A stretch of 64,000 nucleotides of DNA from Arenicellales bacterium (lineage in GTDB: Bacteria; Pseudomonadota; Gammaproteobacteria; Arenicellales; JAJDZL01): positions 1,102,190 to 1,166,189 of the forward strand of contig OZ243980.1 of the NCBI GenBank assembly GCA_965214875.1, read 5' to 3'. Of this stretch, positions 31,690-44,208 are shown in pieces (the first letter of the stretch is position 1; each line of letters begins with the position of its first letter). Position numbers and translations under genes: made by a program. The notes beneath the pieces are model-generated. The model ran no database searches and was not told where the DNA came from. It worked only from the letters and a program-made list of their open reading frames with translations.

Positions 31690-32660
31690 GCCGGTAGAGC
31701 GCTTTCCACATCATAATCAAAGTGAGCCGCGACGATCTCGTCATGCAGCTCGCGACAGTCATGGGCAATTTCACTTAGCATTTGACACGCTTTGCTGTCC
31801 TTGGCCTTGCACTTGCTCCATTGCTGGTCCAGCTTGCTGCGCAGAAGCTGGTTGGCTTGCTTCGCGTTCTGCAAAGGCATGCCCTCCGATACGCTTTCAA
31901 GCGCTGTTTCAATCTGTAGCAATGAATAGTAGATCGAATGTGAAAGTAGTGGGTCACTTACAAGTAAATCAATAACGTTTTTTGGTTTGTAAGCTAGAGA
32001 ATGAAGCCTGTGATACGCGACGCGCGCTTCGCAAATCTCCAGCAATGAGCGCCAATAGGGCTCGTTGTTTTTGCGATTCGATGGAAATGTCATCAGGTGA
32101 ACATTCACCAAAGATGCGATCAGTTGAGATCGCTCAACGAATTTGCCCAGCTGCATAAAATGCCACCCATGATCCCGGTAGCATGCGTTATCGTTGATGC
32201 CGGAAATCGTTTGCAGCATTTCGCTGGTGCGGCGATAGAATTCGCGTGGCTGATCATTCCATATCATGCCGATGCGAAGATCGGCGATGCCAAGATACGC
32301 CCCGTTCAGGCATGACCACAAATTGCCGCCGATAACGTTGCGCACCTGTCTCGCATTTTCGCGAGCCGAACCAATGCAGCTATGGATGGAATTGGGGTTT
32401 GTCGGCTCAAATGTCCAGTCGTCAGCAAGCGTGAAAGAGTCGATCAGCATGAAATCTTCATCGTCGTTGCCGGATCCGATTTCCCCGCCGAACGGCTGCC
32501 TGCCGAGCGCCTGATATATTCTTCGCCAGTTGGCATCGATTTCCTCGATCGTGCTGTCTTCGAACGCCTCGAATTGGGAAGAGAGCAGGCGGCATAAGTA
32601 GCGCGCGCGCTCCAAATAGCGGCTCATCCAGTAGAGTCCTTGCGCGCTTCGGGACAGCAT
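31686..32660 (-). CDS. Alpha-E domain protein (DUF403)
   Basis: MLSR.A..LYWMSRYLERA, ARENARQVR, GKFVER. Confidence 0.93.
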   Translation of the reverse strand: MLSRSAQGLYWMSRYLERARYLCRLLSSQFEAFEDSTIEEIDANWRRIYQALGRQPFGGEIGSGNDDEDFMLIDSFTLADDWTFEPTNPNSIHSCIGSARENARQVRNVIGGNLWSCLNGAYLGIADLRIGMIWNDQPREFYRRTSEMLQTISGINDNACYRDHGWHFMQLGKFVERSQLIASLVNVHLMTFPSNRKNNEPYWRSLLEICEARVAYHRLHSLAYKPKNVIDLLVSDPLLSHSIYYSLLQIETALESVSEGMPLQNAKQANQLLRSKLDQQWSKCKAKDSKACQMLSEIAHDCRELHDEIVAAHFDYDVESALPA

Positions 32661-32664
32661 GGCT

Positions 32665-34140
32665 CTATTTCGGCAAGACCCAGAGATCTTTCCCGCCACC
32701 GCCTTGGCTGGAGTTTACCACTAGCGAACCCGGCTTTAAGGCGACTCGGCAGAACGCTCCAGGAACAAGCCTGGTTTCCTTTCCGTTAAGTACGAATGTG
32801 CGAAGATCCACGTGTCGGGGGGCGGCCCCGACCTCGGAGAGGCAAGGGGACCGGGAAAGATCGAGTGTCGGCTGGGCGATATAGTTGGCAGGATCTTCCC
32901 TTACTTTAGCGGCATAGTTCGATCGCTCCTGAGTAGTTGCTTGCGGTCCTACCATCATGCCGTAGCCGCCAGATCCTCCGACGACCTTAACAACCAGCTT
33001 GTCAAGATTGTCGAGCACGTATTCAAGATGATCCGGCCGGCGGCAAAGATAGGTCTGAACATTTGCCAACAAGGGCTCTTCTGATAGGTAGTAGCGAATG
33101 ATGTCGGGCATGTAGGCGTAGACGCTCTTATCGTCAGCGACACCGGTGCCAATTGCATTGGCGATCATCACATTGCCAAGCTGATAGGCATTGAATAGAC
33201 CAGGAACGCCGATCAGCGAATCGGGGCGAAACGCCAGCGGATCGATATAGTCATCGTCAATGCGCCGATAGATAACGTCGACTTGTCGCAAACCGCTGGT
33301 CGTTCGCATATAGATGCAGCCATTATGTGCGATCAAATCTTGCCCTTGCACTAGCTCGACTCCCATTTCTCTGGCGAGAAACATATGTTCGTAGAACGCT
33401 GAGTTGTAAACTCCTGGCGTAAGCAGCACAATGCAAGGGTCGGAATTGCCCGATGGCGCCAGTTCTGCAAGCGTTTGCCGAAGGATTTTGCCATAGTTTT
33501 CGATGCTCCGAACCTTGCAGCGTCGATACAGATTGCGCAGGCTGGTCTTGACAGCTTGGCGATTCGCGATCATGTAGGAGACGCCCGAAGGAACGCGAAG
33601 ATTGTCTTCCAGAACCATGAAGCCGTCGTTGGTTCGAACCATATCGGTTCCGCAAATGGAAACATAAGCTCCTTGAGATGGATTAACCTCGCTCATTTCC
33701 GGCCGATAGTGAGGGCAGTCAAGAACTAGATCGACCGGCAGCACGTTGTCGGCCAGTATTTTCTTGGCGCCGTAGACATCACCAAGAAACAGATTCACTG
33801 CGCGCAATCGCTGGCGCAGTCCGTCCTCAAGCAGTCGCCATTCTTGCGCATCGATAATGCGAGGAAGGAAATCGATTGGAATGATGCGCTCCTGACTGCC
33901 TTCCTCGCCATATACAGCGAATGTGACACCTTCATGCAGAAAAGATCGCTCGGCGCGCTCTTGCATGCCGGAAATGTCGTCTAGGGACAGGTCATTCAGT
34001 ACTTTCCAGAGTTTGACGTAGTGGTCGCGCGGCACACCTTTGGCAGCAAACATCTCGTCAAAGTACCGGTCGCTCAATTCGTATTGTGCGAACAGGCTTT
34101 GCTGGCCTGAGGTCGAAACATCTTTCAGATTGACATTCAC
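32665..34140 (-). CDS. Circularly permuted type 2 ATP-grasp protein
   Basis: VLEDNLRVPSGVSY, YRRIDDDYIDPL, GVADDK, RHVDLR, VVNSSQGGGGKDLWVL. Confidence 0.95.
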   Translation of the reverse strand: MNVNLKDVSTSGQQSLFAQYELSDRYFDEMFAAKGVPRDHYVKLWKVLNDLSLDDISGMQERAERSFLHEGVTFAVYGEEGSQERIIPIDFLPRIIDAQEWRLLEDGLRQRLRAVNLFLGDVYGAKKILADNVLPVDLVLDCPHYRPEMSEVNPSQGAYVSICGTDMVRTNDGFMVLEDNLRVPSGVSYMIANRQAVKTSLRNLYRRCKVRSIENYGKILRQTLAELAPSGNSDPCIVLLTPGVYNSAFYEHMFLAREMGVELVQGQDLIAHNGCIYMRTTSGLRQVDVIYRRIDDDYIDPLAFRPDSLIGVPGLFNAYQLGNVMIANAIGTGVADDKSVYAYMPDIIRYYLSEEPLLANVQTYLCRRPDHLEYVLDNLDKLVVKVVGGSGGYGMMVGPQATTQERSNYAAKVREDPANYIAQPTLDLSRSPCLSEVGAAPRHVDLRTFVLNGKETRLVPGAFCRVALKPGSLVVNSSQGGGGKDLWVLPK

Positions 34141-34404
34141 GAAATTAACTCCAGGTATCGCCGACTAACATGCAATCGACAGATCCCCGATTCTTGCTGG
34201 CTTCGGCTGATGCAGGTGGTCTGCGTATTCTTTTGGAAGTAGCATAACTGCAAGTTTTTTTTACGTCAATTGCAATGATGAAATCAGATGATCGCAATTG
34301 ACAGGCCAGTAAATAGATTCAGAACTTTTACAGCCTAATAATCGGCTGATTGAATTTGCGCTCGTTGTTGACCGGAGCCGCCTGAGGTTGCAGTCCTGCA
34401 TGCG

Positions 34405-35841
34405 TCAGTAGCTGACTGGCGTGTGGTTGAATCCTTGCAAATTTGCGACCGTCTCGATTCCGCCGAGTTGCGCGACCCGATCTTCCTGATCTTGCTCGCA
34501 CTTTTTTGCGATCAGTTCCGGGTCGAGAATCTGCTTCAGGAGCTTGCACATGCGGCTTTCGCGCGACGCTTGCGCTTCGTTTTTCGAGTAGTCTTGAATT
34601 TCATCAGGGTCTTCGTTCAAGTTGAACAGCTGTGATCGATTTTGCTTCGCATAGTAGACATATTTCCACTCGCGATGGCGCACCATGTAGAAGCTGACTG
34701 GCGTTCCTCCGTCGTGATATTGCGAGATGATGAACCGATCAGGGTCGGGTTGCTTCGCAACCTTCTGCAACGCTTGCCCGCGCCAGCTGCCATTGCCATA
34801 GCTGTGACTGATGGCCATAGCATGCTCTATGGTCGGCGCAATGTCGGTTAAAGTTGCCGGTGTATCGGCAACGGCATGCTTGAAACCTGGTCCTGCCGCG
34901 ATAAGTGGAATGCCGACAGCACGTTCGTACATGACCGATTTGGTCCAAAAACCCAAATGCCCGAGCATTTCACCATGGTCGGAAGTGTAGAGGATGAGGG
35001 TTTCGTTGCTGCACCCGGAATCTTCGAGAGCTTGAAGGACTTGACCGATGTTGTAGTCCAAAAAACTCACTAGCCCGTAATAGCAGCGTTGCGCCTCGAT
35101 TCGCAAGGCATCGTCGAAGTAGTCATCATAGTTCCAAAATTTTCGTATTTGCTTGATAATCGGGTGCTTTGTCGATTCGGCATCCTCAAAGCGTGTCTGC
35201 CGGGGGAAATCCTGTCCCGAATATAAATCATAGAATGAACCAGGTGCGCTCAACGGGTAGTGAGGACTGACGAAAGAGACGAAAAGAGCCCATCGATTGT
35301 TCTTGATGCGCTTTGGATATGTACGTAGCCAATCGCAGGCTGCAGCCGTGATGTGGCGGTCATATTGGGTATATTCACTTTCGCTTTTTTTAACCCCTTG
35401 CGCGAGTTCTTTCGATTCGTCGAATGGGGGCAGCGGGTTTCGAAGCAGCGCCTGCGGCCAGCCAAGTCCGCCATTAGCCGCGTGCATCGGCGCAATCTCT
35501 TCCGTAAAGCCGTTGTCGTTTTCACTTGAGCGAAAATGGAGCTTGCCGAATGAAATCACCGTATGTCCGCGGTCTCGTACGCGGTGCATCCAGCTTTCGG
35601 TCTGTCCATGGTAAGGTTGCGCAGATGACCAGCAGCGGGTTTCATGAACCTGCAAGCCGGTGGCGAGACTGGCTCGGGCGGGTACGCAAATCGGCGAAGG
35701 CGAATATGCGCGGGCGAATGTCGAACCGCGCTGTGCGAGACGGTCTATTGCCGGCGTTTGGATGCCGGAGTCCCCGTAGCATCCTGCGAATGGCCGAGCA
35801 TGCTCGTCAGAGCACAGTACAATAATGTTCGGGATGTTCAA
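34405..35841 (-). CDS. Sulfatase (choline-sulfatase-like)
   Basis: PNII...SDEH, CxPxR motif CVPARASLATG, GKLH, SDHGEMLG. Confidence 0.92.
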   Translation of the reverse strand: MNIPNIIVLCSDEHARPFAGCYGDSGIQTPAIDRLAQRGSTFARAYSPSPICVPARASLATGLQVHETRCWSSAQPYHGQTESWMHRVRDRGHTVISFGKLHFRSSENDNGFTEEIAPMHAANGGLGWPQALLRNPLPPFDESKELAQGVKKSESEYTQYDRHITAAACDWLRTYPKRIKNNRWALFVSFVSPHYPLSAPGSFYDLYSGQDFPRQTRFEDAESTKHPIIKQIRKFWNYDDYFDDALRIEAQRCYYGLVSFLDYNIGQVLQALEDSGCSNETLILYTSDHGEMLGHLGFWTKSVMYERAVGIPLIAAGPGFKHAVADTPATLTDIAPTIEHAMAISHSYGNGSWRGQALQKVAKQPDPDRFIISQYHDGGTPVSFYMVRHREWKYVYYAKQNRSQLFNLNEDPDEIQDYSKNEAQASRESRMCKLLKQILDPELIAKKCEQDQEDRVAQLGGIETVANLQGFNHTPVSY

Positions 35842-35921
35842 ATGCTTGGCGGTGATCTGGTTTGCATCTCAGCCTTGGAGAATTTTTTAACAGCAACTAT
35901 TTTATTTTGGCATCGTAGCCG

Positions 35922-36638
35922 ATGAATACTGAAATTCAAGCCTCGAAGACCCTAGGATACTGGGCATTGATACCGGCTGCCGGAATTGGCAGCCGCATGG
36001 GCATAAAGACGCCTAAGCAGTTTCTTGATCTGGGCGGCCAGATGATGATTGAGCGAGTCGTAGGCACGTTCGCTTCCCATCCCAGAATTGATGGCGTTGT
36101 TGTCGGATTGTCGCCCAACAGCGATACGGCAGAAGCGGCCAAGGCAATTGAGTCGAAAGTTTTTGGCATTTTCGAAGGTGGTGACACCAGAGCGAGCACT
36201 GTGCTGAATGGGCTGCAGCATTTGATCGAACGTGATGTCTCTCAAGCAGACTGGGTTTTAGTGCACGATTCGAATCGTCCATTCCTGCGGCACGAAGATA
36301 TCGACTTTTTGCTGGACAGTGTGGAGGATGATCAAAACGGCGCTGTCATGTGTGCGCCTGTCTACGACACCGTGAAGCAGTCGGATCGAGGGAGAATCGA
36401 AAAGACGCTGCCGCGCGGCAACATCTTTCGTGCACAGACACCGCAGATGTTCAAGGTCGGAATCCTAAAGCAAGCGTTGCGCAAGTCGGAACAGAGCGGT
36501 ATTCAAGTTTCGGATGAGTCGCAGGCGATTGAAGTGATCGGCATGTCTCCGAAGATTGTTATCGGACCGCCAAGAAATATCAAGATAACCACTGCGGACG
36601 ACTGGCTGATTGCGAAAGCCTTGCTTTCAGCCGGTTAA
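35922..36638 (+). CDS. ispD: 2-C-methyl-D-erythritol 4-phosphate cytidylyltransferase
   Basis: PAAGIGSRMG..PKQF, LVHD..RP, AQTPQ, NIKIT. Confidence 0.95.
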   Translation: MNTEIQASKTLGYWALIPAAGIGSRMGIKTPKQFLDLGGQMMIERVVGTFASHPRIDGVVVGLSPNSDTAEAAKAIESKVFGIFEGGDTRASTVLNGLQHLIERDVSQADWVLVHDSNRPFLRHEDIDFLLDSVEDDQNGAVMCAPVYDTVKQSDRGRIEKTLPRGNIFRAQTPQMFKVGILKQALRKSEQSGIQVSDESQAIEVIGMSPKIVIGPPRNIKITTADDWLIAKALLSAG

Positions 36639-36665
36639 AAGGTTCAAACAGGTTGCGGCATTAAA

Positions 36666-37145
36666 ATGTATCGGACAGGAATCGGAGTTGACGCTCACAG
36701 GCTGGTTGAAAATCGGCGACTGGTGATTGGTGGAGTAGAAATCCTCTACGAAAAGGGACTTGCGGGGCACTCGGATGCGGATGTCCTGATTCATGCCGTG
36801 ATCGATGCGCTGCTTGGCGCGGCGGGCCTTGGCGATATCGGCGGACTGTTCCCCGATACGGACAGCAGTTTCAAGGACATCGACAGCCGTGTCTTGTTGC
36901 GCAAGGTTGTGTCGCTACTTCAGGATCATGGCTGCAAAGTCGCCAATGTCGACGCTACAGTCGTCGCGCAGCAGCCGAAGATGGGGCCTCATATCCAGGC
37001 CATGAAAGAAAATATCGCTTCTGACCTAAACGTGCCCGCCAATCTGGTCAATGTCAAGGCTACGACCACTGAATATATGGGCTTTACAGGCCGTGAGGAG
37101 GGGATCGCTGCGTTCGCGGTATGCTCGATTTCAAGTACTGCCTGA
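36666..37145 (+). CDS. ispF: MECDP synthase
   Basis: G.G.DAH, HSDADV, GDIG..FPD, VKATTTE.MGFTGREEG. Confidence 0.97.
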   Translation: MYRTGIGVDAHRLVENRRLVIGGVEILYEKGLAGHSDADVLIHAVIDALLGAAGLGDIGGLFPDTDSSFKDIDSRVLLRKVVSLLQDHGCKVANVDATVVAQQPKMGPHIQAMKENIASDLNVPANLVNVKATTTEYMGFTGREEGIAAFAVCSISSTA

Positions 37146-37179
37146 ACGCACAGCAGATACGCTTGAACGGGCGATGAGT

Positions 37180-39109
<1,930 letters not shown>

Positions 39110-39708
39110 TGAATTTAGTTTCTACAAAGGGTCTGGGGGCGAGCAGATACCTTACATATGTATTTCGAAGATTTAGCCGTATGAGCCCATTCGAATCGAT
39201 TTCATAGCTGTATTTCATCCCGTTGCCATTGAAGATTTGTTTTCCAATATATGACTTTTCTGGCAGATGCTAAACATCAGTATTTGCAGCCTTAAACATG
39301 ACGTAAAAATCAACCAAGCAGTTTCGCTAAGGTTTGCCCTCTATTTTCGATGCCGGCGAAACAATGGAACACTTGTCAAGTAGATAATACAACATACTGA
39401 TTTCGCTTGATTAAATTGATCGGATTTAAGATAATACGATCAAGGTTGATCTTAAATCATTATTGCGGAAATTTACCCGAGTCGCCATTCGTGTGAATGC
39501 TGCTTTCATTCATCAAGCGGGCCTCGCCTCTGTGAATCATTCGGTAGATGTCATATTTCTTCTTTTTCGGCAGTGCGAATTCAATTTGAGCAAAATTGCT
39601 TTTCGGTTGAACTAATGGCTTGCAAGCAATCAAAACTTTAGTACGGCTAAAGCGCTCTGATAATCAGCCAAATAGCTGGAAATATTTCCAAGAGCCAGAA
39701 TTCATTCA

Positions 39709-42066
39709 ATGAAATATCCAAGCATAAGCTATTCCTTGCCGCGCGCCCGAATCGACATGGCGATGGTCATTGTTTTGGCGGCATCTTTGACAATGTTCGC
39801 GATTCTGGCTACCTACTCCGCAAGCGACCCAGGCTGGACGCATTCGGGTTCATCTCCTGAAGTGATGAATATCGGAGGCGTGGCAGGGGCCTACATAGCA
39901 GACATCGGGTATTCACTGTTTGGTTCCATGGCATTTTTCATTCCGATTTGCTTCGGTATGTTCGGTTGGAAGTATCTTTATCGCTGGAAACGCAACGACA
40001 AAGACCAGCTGCTCGCACCAATGATTTTTCTTGCTGGTTTTTTTCTGACCTTGATTGGCGGGTGCGGGTTTGAAAACATCTATGGGCTGAGATTTAGTAC
40101 CCATTTGTCCAGCCCGTCCGGTGGCGTGCTCGGCGGCGTGATCACCCAGAGCTTGTCGAATTATTTGCCGTGGCAAGTCCTAGTGTCCATGTTCTTGTCG
40201 ATGTCGATTGCCGGAACGATGCTCATTGGCTTGCCTTGGATGAGAATTTCGGAGCTCGTGGGCAAATTCCTTTTCGCGATGGGTGGAGCGATGTTTCGCA
40301 AATGGCCCGACAGACGAAAACGGATGGCCAAACCTTCCGAACTCGAGATGTCGGATGCCGGAAAAACTGCCACTTCAAAAAAATCATCGAACAATTTGCG
40401 CGACAAGTTGCCGAAGTCAAAAAAGAAGAGACGAAAGCTTAACATAGCCGAACGTAATGAGCCCGAACTCGGTTCCCTCGGTGTTGGGGTAGACGATGCG
40501 CCTTCGGGCATGAGCTCTCAAACCGCAACCCCAACTCTCAAATTTGCAGCTGAAGAAAAACCTAAAGCTGCCCCGCAGCCGAAGGCTAAGCGTTCAATTC
40601 GTGGCAAGTTGCCAGAAATTGCATTGCTTGATGCTCCAGAAGTATCACAAAATGCCTACTCTGAAGAGGATATCGAGAAGATGTCCCAGCGGGTAGAGCA
40701 AATGCTTGAGGATTTCGGGGTCGAGGTGAGAGTCGACAACGCGCGCCCTGGGCCGGTCATCACGCAACTGGAAGTCGAGCCCGCGCCCGGCATCAAGGCA
40801 AGTCAAATCGTAAACCTGTCCAGAGATCTTGCCCGGTCGCTATCGGTATCGAGTGTTCGAGTGGTCGATAACATTCCCGGCAGTTCCCATGTCGGCATTG
40901 AAGTTCCAAACCGTACCCGCGAAACGGTCCGGCTGTTTGATGGCCTGCAATCAAGACAATACAAAAGCAGTGCCTCGCCCTTGACGGTAGTCCTCGGCAA
41001 GGACATTCGCGGAGGTACCGTCGTGTCGAGCCTTGCAAAAATGCCTCATCTGCTGATTGCCGGAACAACCGGGGCGGGCAAATCGGTTTGTCTGAATGCG
41101 ATTCTATTGAGTTTCTTGTACAAGTCGACTCCTGATAGCCTCAGGCTGATCATGGTTGACCCGAAAATGCTGGAATTTTCCGTCTATGAGGGAATTCCCC
41201 ATTTGCTTACGCCGGTCATTACCGATATGGAGAAGACCGAAAACGCGCTGCGCTGGTGCATACAGGAAATGGAGTTGCGCTATGAGCTCATGTCAAAGTT
41301 TAAGGTGCGCAACCTAGACGGTTTCAATGATCTGGTGCGCGATTCCGAACCGATTCCGCATCCGTCATTTGAGGATGCGGATGAACCGGTCTACTTGACA
41401 GAGTTGCCGTTCATCGTTGTAGTCATCGACGAGTTGGCGGATCTGATCATGGTTATGGGGCGAAAGGCCGAAGATTTGATTATCCGCATTGCGCAACGTG
41501 CCCGCGCTGCCGGCATCCATCTGATCGTTGCAACACAGCGACCGTCGACAGATGTCATTAAAGGCCTGCTCAAAGCCAATATCCCCACCCGTATCGGGTT
41601 TAAGGTTGCGTCGAATGCCGATTCTCGTACCATTTTGGACCAGCCGGGTGCCGAAACTTTGCTGGGACAGGGGGATATGCTGTTTATCGCACCTGGCACT
41701 AGCGATGTTGCGCGAGTTCACGGCGCATTCGTTTCGGATGATGAGGTCAAGCGGGTTGTAGATCACTGGAAGAGCGTTGATATGCCGCAGTATGTGGAAG
41801 ATGTTGTCGTCAATAAGGCTGCGAACTCAAGCGATTCAGGATTTTCCGGCAATGACACTGGTGGCGAAGGCGACGAGTTCTACGATAAAGCTGTGGACTA
41901 TGTGATTCGGCAGCGCCGTCCGACAATTTCTTCCGTCCAGCGTCAGTTTCGCATCGGCTACAATCGTGCCGCCAGAATCATTGAGGCGATGGAGGTTGCC
42001 GGAGTGGTTACTCCTGCCGATTCGACAGGCAAGCGCGAAGTGCTGGTTCCTCCACCGCAGGATTAG
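39709..42066 (+). CDS. ftsK: DNA translocase FtsK
   Basis: N-terminal TMs, GTTGAGKS, DELAD, ATQRPS, gamma domain QRQFRIGYNRAARI. Confidence 0.98.
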   Translation: MKYPSISYSLPRARIDMAMVIVLAASLTMFAILATYSASDPGWTHSGSSPEVMNIGGVAGAYIADIGYSLFGSMAFFIPICFGMFGWKYLYRWKRNDKDQLLAPMIFLAGFFLTLIGGCGFENIYGLRFSTHLSSPSGGVLGGVITQSLSNYLPWQVLVSMFLSMSIAGTMLIGLPWMRISELVGKFLFAMGGAMFRKWPDRRKRMAKPSELEMSDAGKTATSKKSSNNLRDKLPKSKKKRRKLNIAERNEPELGSLGVGVDDAPSGMSSQTATPTLKFAAEEKPKAAPQPKAKRSIRGKLPEIALLDAPEVSQNAYSEEDIEKMSQRVEQMLEDFGVEVRVDNARPGPVITQLEVEPAPGIKASQIVNLSRDLARSLSVSSVRVVDNIPGSSHVGIEVPNRTRETVRLFDGLQSRQYKSSASPLTVVLGKDIRGGTVVSSLAKMPHLLIAGTTGAGKSVCLNAILLSFLYKSTPDSLRLIMVDPKMLEFSVYEGIPHLLTPVITDMEKTENALRWCIQEMELRYELMSKFKVRNLDGFNDLVRDSEPIPHPSFEDADEPVYLTELPFIVVVIDELADLIMVMGRKAEDLIIRIAQRARAAGIHLIVATQRPSTDVIKGLLKANIPTRIGFKVASNADSRTILDQPGAETLLGQGDMLFIAPGTSDVARVHGAFVSDDEVKRVVDHWKSVDMPQYVEDVVVNKAANSSDSGFSGNDTGGEGDEFYDKAVDYVIRQRRPTISSVQRQFRIGYNRAARIIEAMEVAGVVTPADSTGKREVLVPPPQD

Positions 42067-42068
42067 AC

Positions 42069-42719
42069 ATGGTTGCAAAATTTTCTCATCCCCTTAATGC
42101 TCTCGCAGCTGGCTTTGCTTTGCTGGGAGCGATTGAGGCATCAGTCGCGTTCGGATCTACTGCAACAGAGCGCATGGTGCGCTTTTTCAAAGAAGATACT
42201 ACAATGTTCGCAGAATTTAGCCAGGTGGTTCTTGACGAGGGGCTTCATGTGGTGGAAGAGAGTGCCGGCCTAGTGTGGATCCAGCGTCCCAATCTGTTTC
42301 GCTGGGAATATGTCAGTCCGTTCATGCAGACCATCGTAAGCGATGGCAAGACGACCTGGATCCATGATGTCGAACTTGATCAAGTTACGGTCAGCGATGC
42401 GGAAAGTTTTGTCGGTCAGACGCCTGCGGAGATTCTCTCCGGCATGGGCACCATCGAACAGAAGTACGATGTCGGCGACCTGGGCAGGCAAGGACGCTTG
42501 CTGTGGGTTTCGATTGAGCCCAAAGATAAAAGTGAATCGCAGTTTGACGAGATGCGCATGGCGTTCGGCCAGCACCATCTTGAAATCGTCGAGATGATCG
42601 ATGCGCTGGGCAATACCACCCGAATCAAGATGAACGATGTCTTGAAGAATCCGGATTTGAATGCAAAAACATTCGAGTTTGAAATCCCAGAAGGAGTCGA
42701 TGTCGTTCAAGCGCAGTAG
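42069..42719 (+). CDS. lolA: Lipoprotein chaperone LolA
   Basis: Signal peptide, RP..FRWEY, IVSDGK..W, F.FEIPEGVDV; follows ftsK. Confidence 0.93.
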   Translation: MVAKFSHPLNALAAGFALLGAIEASVAFGSTATERMVRFFKEDTTMFAEFSQVVLDEGLHVVEESAGLVWIQRPNLFRWEYVSPFMQTIVSDGKTTWIHDVELDQVTVSDAESFVGQTPAEILSGMGTIEQKYDVGDLGRQGRLLWVSIEPKDKSESQFDEMRMAFGQHHLEIVEMIDALGNTTRIKMNDVLKNPDLNAKTFEFEIPEGVDVVQAQ

Positions 42720-42786
42720 CCGCTTCGCGACATGCAGTTCATGCGGTGTCGAACACGCCCATAGTCCGAAATGACGCAAGCCCAGT

Positions 42787-44076
42787 GTGAGTGGGGACCA
42801 AAATAAATTCATCCCGCTGGCAGAGTCATTGCGCCCTGAAAGCGTGTCCGCTGTAATCGGGCAGGAAGATTTACTGGCACCTGGCAAGCCGCTAAGCGAA
42901 TCGATTGCCGCCGGCATCGCGCACTCCATGGTGCTATGGGGTCCGCCGGGTTCCGGCAAGACAACTCTTGCTAGGATCATCACGCAATCGTTTGATGCGG
43001 AGATGTTCACGCTTTCCGCTGTTGCAAGCGGCGTGAAGGACATTAGGGATGCGGTCGACAAGGCGCAGCGAGCAAGACAAGCTAACCGCAGGGCGGTTCT
43101 TTTCGTCGACGAGGTGCATCGATTCAACAAATCTCAGCAAGATGCCTTTTTGCCGTACATCGAGAGCGGTGTGCTAATATTTATCGGAGCGACCACCGAG
43201 AATCCGGCATTTGAACTTAACAGCGCGCTTTTGTCGCGCCTTAAGGTCTACGTATTGCGACAGCTTTCGCAAGAAGATCTGATTCGTGTCCTTGAACGTG
43301 CATTGGCAAGCGAAGCGGCGGCTTTGCCGAACAGTGTTAGTGTTACCGATGAGGCAAAGCGGGTATTTGCCGAATCGGCGGCCGGCGATGCCAGAAGGGC
43401 GTTGAACTACCTTGAGATTGCAGCAAGCATAGCCGGCGGCGAGATTGAGATCGATGCCAAAATGGCCGCCTCGGTTGCCGGTCTGCCGCAAGCCAGATTC
43501 GACAAGCGCGGCGATGTTTTCTACGAGCAGATATCCGCTTTGCATAAGTCGGTTCGCGGTTCCGACCCGGATGCGGCGCTTTATTGGCTATCGCGCATGC
43601 TGGAAGGCGGTTGCGACCCGATATTCATTGCTCGTCGTGTCACCCGGATCGCAAGCGAGGATATCGGCAATGCGGATCCGCGCGCTTTGGAAGTCGCATT
43701 GGCGGCCTGGGATGCCTATCGGCGTCTTGGTAGCCCGGAAGGGGAACTTGCGATTGCCCAGGCTGTCGTCTACATGGCATGTACACCGAAAAGCAATGCA
43801 GTCTACAAGGCGTTCAATTCGGCTGTTGCCGATGCCAAGACAAAAGGCGATTTGCAAGTGCCGATGAGGCTTCGAAATGCGCCGACACGTTTGCAAAAGG
43901 AGATGGGGTATGGAAAAGGATACCGTTATGCACATGACGAGCCGGACGGTTTTGCATCAGGAGAAACATATTTTCCAGACGAAATGGTGCCTGCTCGATA
44001 CTACGAGCCGGTTGACCGAGGAATCGAGAAAAGAATTGCTGAGCATATGAAAATTTTGAATAGTGGCTCAGTTTGA
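42787..44076 (+). CDS. rarA: Replication-associated recombination protein A
   Basis: PLAE.LRP, GPPGSGKT, DEVHRFNK.QQD, SALHKSVRGSDPDA. Confidence 0.97.
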   Translation: MSGDQNKFIPLAESLRPESVSAVIGQEDLLAPGKPLSESIAAGIAHSMVLWGPPGSGKTTLARIITQSFDAEMFTLSAVASGVKDIRDAVDKAQRARQANRRAVLFVDEVHRFNKSQQDAFLPYIESGVLIFIGATTENPAFELNSALLSRLKVYVLRQLSQEDLIRVLERALASEAAALPNSVSVTDEAKRVFAESAAGDARRALNYLEIAASIAGGEIEIDAKMAASVAGLPQARFDKRGDVFYEQISALHKSVRGSDPDAALYWLSRMLEGGCDPIFIARRVTRIASEDIGNADPRALEVALAAWDAYRRLGSPEGELAIAQAVVYMACTPKSNAVYKAFNSAVADAKTKGDLQVPMRLRNAPTRLQKEMGYGKGYRYAHDEPDGFASGETYFPDEMVPARYYEPVDRGIEKRIAEHMKILNSGSV

Positions 44077-44208
44077 ACATTGCAGAACCTGACTGCAGGG
44101 AAGCGACTCAGAAGCCTTTTCCTGCCGGAATTCTGGACTTCCATACGGATCTGGCAGATGCCTCCACAGGCCGGAGAAGCCATGCGGTGTCGGCCGGCCT
44201 TGGCACCG

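Noticed and set aside
39424-39451. Possible dif site (atttaagataa resembles the XerD arm)
   Set aside because: The XerC arm does not match.
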